From: Campylobacterales bacterium
GTDB taxonomy: Bacteria > Campylobacterota > Campylobacteria > Campylobacterales > QNZT01
NCBI GenBank assembly: GCA_027023405.1
Contig: JALVVN010000044.1
Location: 102 to 64,101, forward strand
Length of the DNA: 64,000 nt
Direction: 5' to 3'
Within the stretch, counting starts at the first letter, position 1; each line of letters begins with the position of its first letter. Positions 1 through 9,461 of the stretch are shown here, piece by piece. The position numbers and the translations under genes are program-made. The notes beneath the pieces are model-generated. The model saw only the letters and a program-made list of their open reading frames with translations, made no database searches and was not told where the DNA came from.

Positions 1-202
1 ATGTCCTAAAATGTGTTGACAGATCACTATAAATGTCACCTTTGAATAAAGCACGATTCTAAACATCCCTTTGGCGAGCGGTTGTGTTAGAATTGTGTCT
101 TTTAGACGCCGTATTCTACTGTAATCGTAAAATTTTATCATTGATATAAATCAATATTATGAATATTATAGTTTTACTATAAGTGGCTTATCAAAGATAG
201 GT

Positions 203-826
203 TTAAGACATCTTCATCACGACATCTTCTAGTGAGTTAGCACTCATTCTAAGATGCTGACTGATATCTTTGATCTGTGAGAGTAGCTCTTTGTTGATGA
301 GGATCTTTTTAAACTCCTCCTCTTTGAAAAGGTTGCTGAGATGCCGGATATAGTGTTCGACCAGCGTATCGTAACTCTCCCTGACGCGTTTGGCACTCTC
401 AGCGGTTTTTACAGGATTACTCTTGATGGTACGAAAGCCTGCTGTGAGGAGTTCTGCTTGAAGTTTGAGCTCTTGGATCAGCGGTGCGTAATCGCCGTGT
501 AACGCCTCCACGCCAAAAGCCTGTTGTTTCTTGATCAAATGTCGAATGCTAATCGAAACCCAATCCAACTGTGTAATGATGCGATAGATCGACTCGCGAT
601 CGATTGGTGTGATGAAGGTATTGAGAAGATTTTGCATATTTTCGTCTCGGATCTTTGCAGCTTGGTGTGTGTCATCGAGGATATTTTGACAATAGTTTGT
701 TTTTTGCTCTATCATACACTTTTCGAGATCATCAGTGATCTTTTTGATCGCTTCGGCATGCTGATGCATTGCACAGATGAAGTCGATTTCTTTTGGTAAG
801 ATGAATTTTTTGAGAAATGATGTCAT
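203..826 (-). CDS. DUF47/PhoU-like protein, putative PiT-associated phosphate transport accessory protein
   Basis: ORF 203..937 trimmed to the internal ATG at 826 (MTSFLKKF...). GGAGG lies about 8 nt upstream, and the ATG overlaps the pit stop codon as ATGA. All-helical protein of about 207 aa, of the kind usually paired with PiT transporters. Confidence 0.75.
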   Translation of the reverse strand: MTSFLKKFILPKEIDFICAMHQHAEAIKKITDDLEKCMIEQKTNYCQNILDDTHQAAKIRDENMQNLLNTFITPIDRESIYRIITQLDWVSISIRHLIKKQQAFGVEALHGDYAPLIQELKLQAELLTAGFRTIKSNPVKTAESAKRVRESYDTLVEHYIRHLSNLFKEEEFKKILINKELLSQIKDISQHLRMSANSLEDVVMKMS

Positions 827-1866
827 GATATAACCTCCAAAATATGTATGATGATACAAGCGTAGAGTGCACCTAAAAAGATTGAAGCCGGTAAGTTTAC
901 CAACCATCCCAAAACGATTTGAGAGGCTCTGCTCCAATTGACATGAGAGGGTTTTTCACTCGCACCGACACCCAGTAGAGAGCCGGTGACGACTTGAGTC
1001 GTCGATGTCGGGGCACCGATATGGGTTGCGACGCTATTGACAAAGGCGGAAGAGAGTTGCGTAGCGATCGAATGGATGAGCTTGATATGGTAGAGTTCAA
1101 AGCCGAGTGTCTTGATGATGCTCCAACCGCCAAAGAGTGTGCCGAGTGTGATGGCGCTTGTCGAGAGTAGCACGGCCCACAACGGTATAGAATAGTGATC
1201 AGTAAATCCGGATGCGAAAAGGATCATCCCCGTAATTGCCATTCCCTTTTGTGCATCGTTTGCTCCGTGTGAAAAGCCGAGCCATGCCACGCTGAAGTAT
1301 TGTGTCACAATAAAAAGCGGTCTGATCCTGATGGTGAATCTTCGAAAGATCAAGAGGATTGCACGGAAGATCAAAAATCCTATCATAAAGCCAAAAAGAG
1401 GAGAGAGAAAGAGTCCTGCTACCACTTTGGCGATACCGACAAGCTCTCCATGCATCAAGGCATCAAAACCCCAGTGAATATGCGACTCTCCCACGACAAA
1501 GAGACCGCTCCCGACCAGTCCACCGGCAAGAGAGTTGGATGAGGAGGAGGGGAGTCCGAATTTCCAAGTGATGAGATTGTAGCTCACTGCTGCCAATAGT
1601 GCCGCAATGACCAATGCTTCGGCATAGAGCGCGGGTACTCCTTTTATCTCTACGAAAGTACCGATTGTATCTGCAACCGCTAATCCTGCAATAATAGGTC
1701 CTAAAAATGTAAAGAGAGAAACGATAGTGATGGCATGAGAGGTGGGCATCGCTTTGGATGCGATAGCGGTTGCGACCATGTCCGCTGCATCATGAAAGCC
1801 GTTGGTAAAATCAAATATTGCAACACTCGCTACCGTAAGGAACAGTAGAAGTGTTACGAGGTCCAT
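823..1866 (-). CDS. pit: inorganic phosphate transporter, PiT family
   Basis: 347 aa polytopic membrane protein. N-terminal FDFTNGFHDAADMVATAI and later GFSHGANDAQKGM are the duplicated PiT/PHO4 signature (GxxDxxN/GANDxxN). Confidence 0.9.
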   Translation of the reverse strand: MDLVTLLLFLTVASVAIFDFTNGFHDAADMVATAIASKAMPTSHAITIVSLFTFLGPIIAGLAVADTIGTFVEIKGVPALYAEALVIAALLAAVSYNLITWKFGLPSSSSNSLAGGLVGSGLFVVGESHIHWGFDALMHGELVGIAKVVAGLFLSPLFGFMIGFLIFRAILLIFRRFTIRIRPLFIVTQYFSVAWLGFSHGANDAQKGMAITGMILFASGFTDHYSIPLWAVLLSTSAITLGTLFGGWSIIKTLGFELYHIKLIHSIATQLSSAFVNSVATHIGAPTSTTQVVTGSLLGVGASEKPSHVNWSRASQIVLGWLVNLPASIFLGALYACIIIHILEVIS

Positions 1867-2780
1867 TAGTCAGCTCTGTTTTTAAAGTAGTGAAACATCG
1901 CAATCTCCCCAAAAAACGGCGCAAAAATATGCAAAAGTGGGAAGAAATTAAAGAGAATCGCGACAACCGTAATGATCCAAAGTTGTGGACTATTGTGCTT
2001 GACGATACTTTTGTCCGGACTTTTGAGTGCCAATGATGCGGCATCATATGCGATAGTATCTTTAGTCAGCCATGCCCAAAAAGCGATCTGGATGATAATA
2101 TTGAGAAAGGGGATAAACATCAATGGAAAAAGCACAACTGTCACTACGGTAAAGATGAGCGTGTCTTTGAGCGTGTAGCCCATGGATGAAAATATTTTTT
2201 TGGCTTCAACATCCTTTGCGTTGAAGTGAAGCGCATTGATATGTTTGATAAGCGGTTCACTAAAGAGACTGACCATAAAAAGCATCGAGACGATCATTGC
2301 ATTGTAGATCAGATAGAGCGCAAAGAGATCAGCCACACCCTCCCGAACAGTTTGAAAAGGGAGCTCAGTTAATAGTGCTAAAATTTTTTGGTAGATTATA
2401 TCGCCCCACACAAACCAAACACCCGACCAAAAGAGCCCGATCACACCCAAAATTATCAGTGTGCGCTTTGAGTAAAATGTTTTGGAGGTATCATGAAACA
2501 GCAGGTGACCTGCAAAGATCCAAAAGAGCGCAAAGGTGATGAGTATCATTTGAAACCAAACAAAAGCACTCAACATCCACGCGCCGTTGGATCTCACCAT
2601 GGAAAAAGGAATAAAATCTAATATTTTTACCGTAAAAGCATTGAGGGGATCCCATAAAAATGCACCCAAAATACCCCACAATAGAATAGTAATCAGACCA
2701 CTGATTAAGATATACTTGAGATTGTGCCACTGCATCATCTCTTTGAGGGCAAAGCGGATAGAGTGAATGGTCTGTTTCAT
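1866..2780 (-). CDS. integral membrane protein of unknown function (possibly EI24/CysZ-like)
   Basis: 304 aa ORF with several long hydrophobic segments. Its stop overlaps the pit start (TAATG), suggesting one operon. The family assignment is a guess. Confidence 0.55.
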   Translation of the reverse strand: MKQTIHSIRFALKEMMQWHNLKYILISGLITILLWGILGAFLWDPLNAFTVKILDFIPFSMVRSNGAWMLSAFVWFQMILITFALFWIFAGHLLFHDTSKTFYSKRTLIILGVIGLFWSGVWFVWGDIIYQKILALLTELPFQTVREGVADLFALYLIYNAMIVSMLFMVSLFSEPLIKHINALHFNAKDVEAKKIFSSMGYTLKDTLIFTVVTVVLFPLMFIPFLNIIIQIAFWAWLTKDTIAYDAASLALKSPDKSIVKHNSPQLWIITVVAILFNFFPLLHIFAPFFGEIAMFHYFKNRAD

Positions 2781-2854
2781 ATCGTTCTCCTTATATTAAC
2801 TTTTGGTGTAATTGTATAGTAATTTTGTGAAAAACTATGCCACTTGTGTGACAT

Positions 2855-3054
2855 TTAAAGTGTGTCGGAGAATATTTTGAGTCCTAAAAGGATGGAAATG
2901 ACTTCGGCTAGCTCTTCACTAAAGCGTTGAAATATTTGGGAGAGTTGTTTTGAGAGGGTAAATCCAAAAATCATAGGCCATTACCGTGCCGGGTTTGAGC
3001 AGTATTGATTGCATCGATACTAAAGCCGAGACTCAAGAGTATAATTTGTATCAT
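2855..3054 (-). pseudogene. possible degraded DUF204/MntP-like membrane protein fragment (two ATGA-linked micro-ORFs of 27 and 39 aa)
   Basis: Hand translation of the minus strand gives MIQIILLSLGFSIDAINTAQTRHGNGL* (3054..2971). It is overlapped by MIFGFTLSKQLSQIFQRFSEELAEVISILLGLKIFSDTL* (2974..2855). The GFSIDA motif and the LLGLKIF terminus resemble one DUF204 repeat. Confidence 0.2.
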
Positions 3055-3063
3055 GGTAAGCGC

Positions 3064-3318
3064 TTAGAGTATCTCATCCGCCACATCGTCTATATGGGTA
3101 TGTCGCCCCTTTTTGACATGAAGATAACCGGCAGGAAGCGCCAAAAGGAGTGCAACTCCAAAAACAAGCGCAAAGTTGTAAATCATCATTGCATAGTAGT
3201 CAACCATCCCTAGTAGTGCCAAAAAGAGTAGAAAATAGGTAAAAGTGACTTTGAGAAATCGTTTGGTAGAAAATCGTTCTAGTGTGTTTTTTTTGTCATG
3301 CTTTTTAGGGTGTTTCAT
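3064..3318 (-). CDS. small hypothetical membrane protein
   Basis: 84 aa ORF with a basic N-terminus and two hydrophobic helices. I recognise no homology. Confidence 0.35.
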   Translation of the reverse strand: MKHPKKHDKKNTLERFSTKRFLKVTFTYFLLFLALLGMVDYYAMMIYNFALVFGVALLLALPAGYLHVKKGRHTHIDDVADEIL

Positions 3319-3336
3319 ACTTGACTCCTGATTTAA

Positions 3337-3365
3337 AGGGCATGAATGACTTTTTGAGATGCCCT
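3337..3365 (-). terminator. possible weak intrinsic terminator hairpin
   Basis: AGGGCAT (3337..3343) pairs with ATGCCCT (3359..3365) around a 15-nt loop. On the minus strand it is followed by TTTAAAT, 68 nt downstream of the 3433..3879 ORF. Confidence 0.3.
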
Positions 3366-3432
3366 ATTAGATCATTATCGTAGCAAAAGAGAAACTATTT
3401 GTCTGTCAGCCAACAAACAAAGATGGAGAACT

Positions 3433-3879
3433 TTATAGAATAATCATACTAAAAATGAGTACAAACCCTATCAGCGCAATAAAAAGAGAGAGAAGAAAAT
3501 AGATATTTTTATCAGTACTTATGCGTTTTTGTTCTAAATGCTTGATCCAGCGTGTATAGTAATGATAAGTGTAAAGAGAGAGGATGATGCCGACTGAAAC
3601 AATAAGTATGCCCAAAGCGTTGTAGAATTGAATATGTGATAATTGAGGTAGAACGGCAGGCATGTTTTTTTTCATCTGTGGGGCAATAAGATGTAGAAAA
3701 AGCTCAAATTTTTCAACTACAAATCCAAGCATTATAAGTGAAATTGAGGTGCCTATGAGCGCTGTTGTCGATCGTTCTACTGCCATCAAATCTTTAGGAT
3801 CAATATCATTAATTTCTCCGGATGTATCCTGCATATCATCTCCTTTTTCTTGCAATTTTCTACTTACAGTGTATGCCAC
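3433..3879 (-). CDS. membrane protein, possibly DUF202/YidH-like
   Basis: 148 aa. LMAVERSTTALIGTSISLIMLG resembles the ERTxLAWxRT motif of DUF202, followed by two more TM helices. Overlaps the upstream MarC gene by 16 nt. Confidence 0.45.
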   Translation of the reverse strand: MAYTVSRKLQEKGDDMQDTSGEINDIDPKDLMAVERSTTALIGTSISLIMLGFVVEKFELFLHLIAPQMKKNMPAVLPQLSHIQFYNALGILIVSVGIILSLYTYHYYTRWIKHLEQKRISTDKNIYFLLSLFIALIGFVLIFSMIIL

Positions 3880-4508
3880 AAGCCTTTGATACCACTGACC
3901 AAAAACTGTGCCGCAATTGCCCCGACAATCAGTCCCATAATTCTTGTGAGTATTTTCATCCCTGTCACGCCGAGTGCACTGTTAATCGTACCGGAATAGC
4001 GTAGGATGATATAAACAACTAAAGATGCTACAACGATAGCAATCGTAACAAGTGCATAGCTGATGAGTTGAGGAAATGCTTTGGCATGATTGCTGTTGAG
4101 TACGATGATAGTGGCGATGACTCCGGGACCAAAAAGGATGGGAATACCGATTGGGATGACTGAAACATCCTCTTTCTCTTCCGCTTCATCTTGCTCCTCT
4201 TTGGTGTGTCTAGCTTTGGAGGGATGTCCATATGCCATGTTGATAGCGATGAACATCAGGATAATCCCACCGATCACTTTAAGGGAGAGAACACTGATGC
4301 CAAAAAGCTTAAAGATAAGCTCTCCGGTATAGAGTGTGATCAAAGAGGAGATGAAGACAGTCAATGTCGCCTTGAGTGCTACCGGGCGGATATTTGCGGG
4401 TGTCGGGGGTGAGACCATCGTGACCATGATGCTTGCAGCGGCAATGGGGTTGAGAATGGTGATGAGAGCGATGATGTCATGAGAGAGCATAGAGAGGTAT
4501 GCTTGCAT
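3864..4508 (-). CDS. MarC family (UPF0056) integral membrane protein
   Basis: ORF trimmed to MQAYLSMLSHDIIALITILNPIAAA... (ATG at 4508, AAAGGAG upstream). The NPI motif and the acidic central loop are typical of the MarC family. Confidence 0.8.
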   Translation of the reverse strand: MQAYLSMLSHDIIALITILNPIAAASIMVTMVSPPTPANIRPVALKATLTVFISSLITLYTGELIFKLFGISVLSLKVIGGIILMFIAINMAYGHPSKARHTKEEQDEAEEKEDVSVIPIGIPILFGPGVIATIIVLNSNHAKAFPQLISYALVTIAIVVASLVVYIILRYSGTINSALGVTGMKILTRIMGLIVGAIAAQFLVSGIKGLWHTL

Positions 4509-4683
4509 GGTTGCTCCTTTGTTTGAGAATAAAAACAGTATTTTGCATTGAAGTATACACAATTTTATATATTCTTTCTGTATTATAGTGTAGTGAATGT
4601 AAAATAAGACATTTTAACTCCTAATTAAGTCAAAAGGGTGTATCATTTCATATAGTTATAAAAATCATAAAAAAGGGTAAAGA

Positions 4684-5043
4684 ATGATCTTTTTAGATGA
4701 GGATATTTACGAAGCGGTTCATTATCATTTGCCAAAAGTCAAAGAGTATGTTCTCTCTCACGGTGGGGATATCAAGCTTTTGTGCGTGAAGGATGGTACG
4801 GTCTATATCGAACTGACCGGTTCGTGTCACGGCTGTTCGATGAGTTTGATGACGACAAAGATGGTGGTGCAAAAAAAGCTTCGTGAGTTGATTCATCCGG
4901 AGCTCAATGTCGTCAATGTTGACGGTATGCCTGAAAATGTTCCGCCTGAGGATTGTTATAAACCAAAAGCAGAAGTGCCTCAGAGTGAGATGGGGGAGAA
5001 AAAGGGGATTGGGGAAAAATTGAAAAAATTATTAAAACATTAA
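4684..5043 (+). CDS. NifU-like (Nfu C-terminal domain) Fe-S cluster protein
   Basis: HGGDIKLLCVKDGTVYIELTGSCHGCSMSLMTTK carries the Nfu CxxC signature. 119 aa with a charged tail. Confidence 0.8.
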   Translation: MIFLDEDIYEAVHYHLPKVKEYVLSHGGDIKLLCVKDGTVYIELTGSCHGCSMSLMTTKMVVQKKLRELIHPELNVVNVDGMPENVPPEDCYKPKAEVPQSEMGEKKGIGEKLKKLLKH

Positions 5044-5056
5044 CGAGGTTATACAC

Positions 5057-5641
5057 ATGGCAATTCCCAAGTTTTTTTTGAGAGAGAAACGCTATCTCAA
5101 TCGCATCGATATCGCTTATCTTATGATGCCGCTTTTTTTGTTTCCGCTATGGGGAGAGTGGGCATTTGCTCATGCTTTCAAGGGCTATTTTGAGGCGTAC
5201 AGACATCTTTTTTTGATCAGCAATATTCTCTATATTATGTTGATACGATTTATTGTACTCGATAGTGCGATTTATATCTTTAGTCGGAGTAAGCACCATG
5301 TGCATATAACACTCATTCAAGTATTGTTTTTATATTTGGAGATTACAGTATTAACAATTCTATACTATGCAACGGTTTATTATATTTTTGATCCTTTTGT
5401 CTTTTTTCATCTCAATTCTCAATTTTCACCTGAAAATCTCAAATCTATGTATGAGCATCGCTTTGTTCTCTCCATGTATATTTCGGCAGTCACATTTACG
5501 ACACTCGGATCGGGAGATTGGATTCCTCAAACACTGAGTGCGATGATAGCTGTGATTTCAGAAGTGATCTTGGGTGTAATTCAAGGGGGTGTCTTTGTAG
5601 CGATACTCATCTATGCGCATCAAAATCGAGAGATCAAATAA
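5057..5641 (+). CDS. ion channel family protein (K+-channel-like pore domain)
   Basis: Multi-TM protein with the pore-loop sequence TFTTLGSGDWIP, a variant of the TxGYGD selectivity filter. Confidence 0.7.
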   Translation: MAIPKFFLREKRYLNRIDIAYLMMPLFLFPLWGEWAFAHAFKGYFEAYRHLFLISNILYIMLIRFIVLDSAIYIFSRSKHHVHITLIQVLFLYLEITVLTILYYATVYYIFDPFVFFHLNSQFSPENLKSMYEHRFVLSMYISAVTFTTLGSGDWIPQTLSAMIAVISEVILGVIQGGVFVAILIYAHQNREIK

Positions 5642-6144
5642 TGCATACTGACAAAAAGATCAAATCGATGTGGTTTAAAGCTCTCTTTTGGCTTACAGTT
5701 TACATTGCTATTTTTTCAACCGGACTTATCTCAGATATAAAGCTAAACGGTTTTATGGCATTTTTCAGCATTCTGATAGGTTCATTTTTATTTATCTACT
5801 CTCTTGCACTGACGATGATAGCAGGCAGAACATTAAAAAAATTTGCACATACAAAAGAGGGTGAGTTTATTCCTGACCGTTTCATAGATAGAGGTATTTA
5901 TGGGTGCATGAGACACCCTATGCATCTTGGTATCGGACTACTTCCTCTGGCTATTGCTTTGATGAGTGCCAATAGCGTTATCATTTTAGCTTCCGGATGG
6001 GGGTTGGCAGCTACTTTTGGGTTTGTGTTGCTCATAGAAGAGCCTGAAGCTATAGAAAAATACCAAGACCAATATATTGACTATATGAAAAAGACTCCAG
6101 CCTTTAGCATAAGCCTACAGTGTGTTATGAATACTAAAAGATAG
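5641..6144 (+). CDS. isoprenylcysteine carboxyl methyltransferase (ICMT)/phospholipid methyltransferase family membrane protein
   Basis: ORF 5518..6144 trimmed to the ATG at 5641 (TAATG overlap with the channel gene). GIYGCMRHPMHLGIGL is the RHPxYxG-type ICMT motif. Confidence 0.75.
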   Translation: MHTDKKIKSMWFKALFWLTVYIAIFSTGLISDIKLNGFMAFFSILIGSFLFIYSLALTMIAGRTLKKFAHTKEGEFIPDRFIDRGIYGCMRHPMHLGIGLLPLAIALMSANSVIILASGWGLAATFGFVLLIEEPEAIEKYQDQYIDYMKKTPAFSISLQCVMNTKR

Positions 6145-6166
6145 AAGCATCTCTAAAAAACTATAT

Positions 6167-6475
6167 TTAATTCCTTTCAATTTTAGTACTAAACCTCTCC
6201 GCTATCTCCTCACTTGAGATCAACCCCTCGATAAATATTTCACCGTTTAGTACTAAAGTGGGATCTTTAACGATGCCTTTCTCTATCGCTTTTTGCGTAC
6301 TGTATTCATAGTGAAACTCGACTCTGATCGGCAGGTGTTTGATAGCACAACTCACTCGCTTTGAGAGTTTTGCACATAGTACTTTGTCTCCGTAAATTGT
6401 TACCTGATAGAGGGGATAGTCATCATTGCCAAAGTTTAATACCTCTCCCGCTCTCATCTCTCTACACGCTTCCAT
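6167..6475 (-). CDS. small hypothetical protein with a thioredoxin-fold-like C-terminus and no CXXC
   Basis: 102 aa. PTLVLNGEIFIEGLISSEEIAE resembles the C-terminal strand-helix of small Thioredoxin_3-type proteins. Overlaps the ABC ATPase gene by 14 nt. The start (M1 or M7) is uncertain. Confidence 0.4.
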   Translation of the reverse strand: MEACREMRAGEVLNFGNDDYPLYQVTIYGDKVLCAKLSKRVSCAIKHLPIRVEFHYEYSTQKAIEKGIVKDPTLVLNGEIFIEGLISSEEIAERFSTKIERN

Positions 6476-7178
6476 TGTTCATAAACTCCTTGACACTTAA
6501 ATTGTAAACTTTTTTATCTTTGATCGTAAGAACCCTATCACAAAGTGGCAACAATCTCTCATCGTGTGTTACCATGATGATGGCTACATCTTGTTCAAGT
6601 GCGATCTTTTTTAGCAGTTTCACAACATCGACACTTCGTTTCATATCGAGTGCGGCGGTCGGCTCATCGGCTAAGATGATCTCCGGGTTATTGGCTAAAG
6701 CTCTTGCGATGGCTACCCGTTGGTTTTGTCCACCTGAGAGGTTTGAAGGCATCTCGTATGCCTTATCCTCTATACCGAAGTATTTGAGAAGTTCCATCGC
6801 TTTTTCTTTGGTGATCTTTTCATCGACTTTATTAAGCTGTGGGAGCAATATGACATTTTCCAAGACATTCAAAAAGGGTATCAGATAGTGCGCTTGAAAG
6901 ATAAAGCCGATCTTCTCTCTTCTGATCTTTCGTTTTTCATTGGTTAGCCACTTATCGTCATAGACTTGATCTTCACCCAGCCAAATCTTCCCTTTGGTAG
7001 GATCGAGCACACAACCGATCATCATGAGTAGCGTCGTTTTCCCCGCACCGCTTGGTGCGATCAGTGCGACCAACTCTCCCTTTTTGATCTCAAAAGTCGC
7101 CTCTTGGATCACCTCGATATAGGTATCACCCGAACCAAAACTCTTTGCCAAACGATCTAGTTTAATAGCACTATCCAT
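6462..7178 (-). CDS. ABC transporter ATP-binding protein (MacB/LolD/DevA-type)
   Basis: Walker A APSGAGKTTL, signature LSGGQNQRVAIARAL, Walker B ILADEPTAALD. Confidence 0.9.
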   Translation of the reverse strand: MDSAIKLDRLAKSFGSGDTYIEVIQEATFEIKKGELVALIAPSGAGKTTLLMMIGCVLDPTKGKIWLGEDQVYDDKWLTNEKRKIRREKIGFIFQAHYLIPFLNVLENVILLPQLNKVDEKITKEKAMELLKYFGIEDKAYEMPSNLSGGQNQRVAIARALANNPEIILADEPTAALDMKRSVDVVKLLKKIALEQDVAIIMVTHDERLLPLCDRVLTIKDKKVYNLSVKEFMNNGSV

Positions 7179-7179
7179 T

Positions 7180-8325
7180 CTATCCCCCTATCGCCTCTGC
7201 AGGGTCTGCACTCAAAACCTTTTTGATACCGACCAGAGAGGCGAGTATCGAAGCAATAACTATTATCACAAAAAGTACCATGGCATCAGGCATCTCCAAA
7301 ACGACTCTCTTAGGAAACTTTGTATAGATAAGATGTGAGAAAAGTAAGCCAAAGAAAAATGCCAAAACTCCCATCAAAAGTGTCTCTTGCATAATCATCT
7401 TGATGATTATGCTATTGGGAACACCAAGAAGCTTCATGATAGCGATCTCTTTGATCTTCTCAAGTGTCATGGTATAGATAATGAGTGCGATGATGATCGT
7501 TGAGACTATCACTAAGATCACCGTAAACATCCCGATCTGTTTGGATGCCATCTTGATGAGATTTTTGGTGAGGATGCTCGCTTCCTCTTCTTGAGTGAAG
7601 ACCTCTTTGTGTAGATAGTGTTTGATGTCATCGGCTACTCTCTTAGGATCAAAACCACTCTTAACCGTCGCAACCACTGTATTAACCAAATGGCTTTGTG
7701 TTTTTTTGATACCCCTTTGCCTATCGCTTCGTACCCTAAAGTTTGAGTATAAAAATTGGATATTTTTCGCATCTTTTAGAGAGAGATATACTACCGGATC
7801 TCCACCGGATGATACGGTACCGTGTGTGATACCGACAACGGTGTATATATCTCTTGCTATTCCTATCTTATCACCAATATCTAAACCTATCTTATCGGTT
7901 GCTACCATCTCATAGTGATCGTTGATGATGGCTCTTCCCTTGATGATCCTTTGAGGATTGAGAGCTTTTATCTCATCTAGCGGATTATACCCGACAACAA
8001 AGACTCTTTTTTTCTTTCCATCGACTGTGAGTTGGAGATTTTGAAAAGTAAGAGCAGTTGTTTTACCTACACCCTCTATCCCTTTGATACTATTTTTGAG
8101 ATCTTCATGTACCCTTGAGCTTTGGGCAAAAGGTCCTAAGGTATCATCTTGTACCACCCAAAGATCCACACCCATATCACCGACCAAAATTTTAGCATCG
8201 ATCACCATTCCCCGATAAACACCTATCATAATCATTACAATTCCCAAAAGCATCCCCACACCCATAGAGGTTACAATAAACTTTCCAAGAGAGTGAGCGA
8301 TATCTTTTTCTGCTAAGTTTATCAT
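7180..8325 (-). CDS. ABC transporter permease, FtsX/MacB-like (DevC-type)
   Basis: 381 aa: N-terminal TM helix, large periplasmic domain, then a C-terminal FtsX-type cluster of 3 TM helices. Confidence 0.85.
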   Translation of the reverse strand: MINLAEKDIAHSLGKFIVTSMGVGMLLGIVMIMIGVYRGMVIDAKILVGDMGVDLWVVQDDTLGPFAQSSRVHEDLKNSIKGIEGVGKTTALTFQNLQLTVDGKKKRVFVVGYNPLDEIKALNPQRIIKGRAIINDHYEMVATDKIGLDIGDKIGIARDIYTVVGITHGTVSSGGDPVVYLSLKDAKNIQFLYSNFRVRSDRQRGIKKTQSHLVNTVVATVKSGFDPKRVADDIKHYLHKEVFTQEEEASILTKNLIKMASKQIGMFTVILVIVSTIIIALIIYTMTLEKIKEIAIMKLLGVPNSIIIKMIMQETLLMGVLAFFFGLLFSHLIYTKFPKRVVLEMPDAMVLFVIIVIASILASLVGIKKVLSADPAEAIGG

Positions 8326-9413
8326 GGCAACACAATTTTAGTATGAGTATCTATCCCCTTCACAACCGCCTCTTTGCCGTCATTATAAAGGATTTTTACA
8401 GATTGAAAATGCTTTTTATTATCCTTGATTGCGAGAATACCGCTATCTTCATTTCTATAAATAATTGCTTTTGAGGGAATTGTAAGCGCATTTTTTAACT
8501 CTTTTGTCTTGATATGAACAGTGGCCTGCTCCCCGATATAAAAAGGTAGAGGTGTTTTATCAAAGCCGATATCTACCTCTTTTTCAAGTGTCACCGGATC
8601 GCTTTTGGGCTCGATGCGTTTGACGACTCCCCTATATATTTTATGAGGGTTTGATCTAAGGGTGATTTTTGCTTTATCACCCACTTTGAGATCAGTGCTT
8701 AATCTATCATCCACATAGGCTTTCACCCAAACATCTTGGGGATTGACGATGGTTAAGATCGCTTTTTGAGGGAGTGCCGTTTGGGAAACTTCCGCATCTT
8801 TAGAGATGATGTAGCCGTTTGTCGGTGCGTAGAGTTTATAGAGGGAGAGGCGTTTTTTCAGGGCATGGATATTTTGAAGGGTGATATTGTTATCCACCAT
8901 AAGAGAAGCTATTTTGGTTTGGGATGCTTTGAGTTTGGCGTTTGCTACTTCTAACACACTCTTGAGTTTGTCATAGTTTTCATCTGAGAGATAGCCTCTT
9001 TTGTGGATTTGTCGGTTTCGATTGAGATTTTTTTGGGCTAAATCTCTTTTTGAGATGAGGGCTTCTATATCATCTTTCAAACTCTTGATAGTGGTGTCCT
9101 CTTTTTTCAGTAGTAGCTCTTGCGCTTTTAGCTTAAAAGGAAGATCAACACTATCAAGCACAACCAGCAAATCTCCTTTTTTTACCTTATCTTCCACATC
9201 TGCAGAGAGGGAGATAATAGCTGCCGAAACAGCCGGTGTAATCTGATATTTTGTTTTTGCATCCACATTACCGATCGCAAAAATCTCTTTTGAGATATCT
9301 TTGATATGCGGTTCAACGGTACTAAACTTTCTGTTGCTTTCATAAAAATGAAATCCGATTAAAAGAAAAATGATCACGACACCCATCAACAATAGCGCTT
9401 TTTTTATACCCAT
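8322..9413 (-). CDS. HlyD/MacA-family periplasmic adaptor (DevB-type)
   Basis: 363 aa: N-terminal anchor, lipoyl-like segments flanking a long coiled coil, and a beta-barrel C-terminal part. 4-nt overlap with the permease gene. Confidence 0.85.
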   Translation of the reverse strand: MGIKKALLLMGVVIIFLLIGFHFYESNRKFSTVEPHIKDISKEIFAIGNVDAKTKYQITPAVSAAIISLSADVEDKVKKGDLLVVLDSVDLPFKLKAQELLLKKEDTTIKSLKDDIEALISKRDLAQKNLNRNRQIHKRGYLSDENYDKLKSVLEVANAKLKASQTKIASLMVDNNITLQNIHALKKRLSLYKLYAPTNGYIISKDAEVSQTALPQKAILTIVNPQDVWVKAYVDDRLSTDLKVGDKAKITLRSNPHKIYRGVVKRIEPKSDPVTLEKEVDIGFDKTPLPFYIGEQATVHIKTKELKNALTIPSKAIIYRNEDSGILAIKDNKKHFQSVKILYNDGKEAVVKGIDTHTKIVLP

Positions 9414-9461
9414 CGGATATCCTCTCCCTATTTGAATTATCCCAAATTTTGGGATTATACT

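Noticed and set aside
203-1866. PiT gene followed, rather than preceded, by its DUF47 partner
   Set aside because: I recall the opposite order in some organisms but cannot establish how unusual this order is without a survey. It is not reported as a finding.
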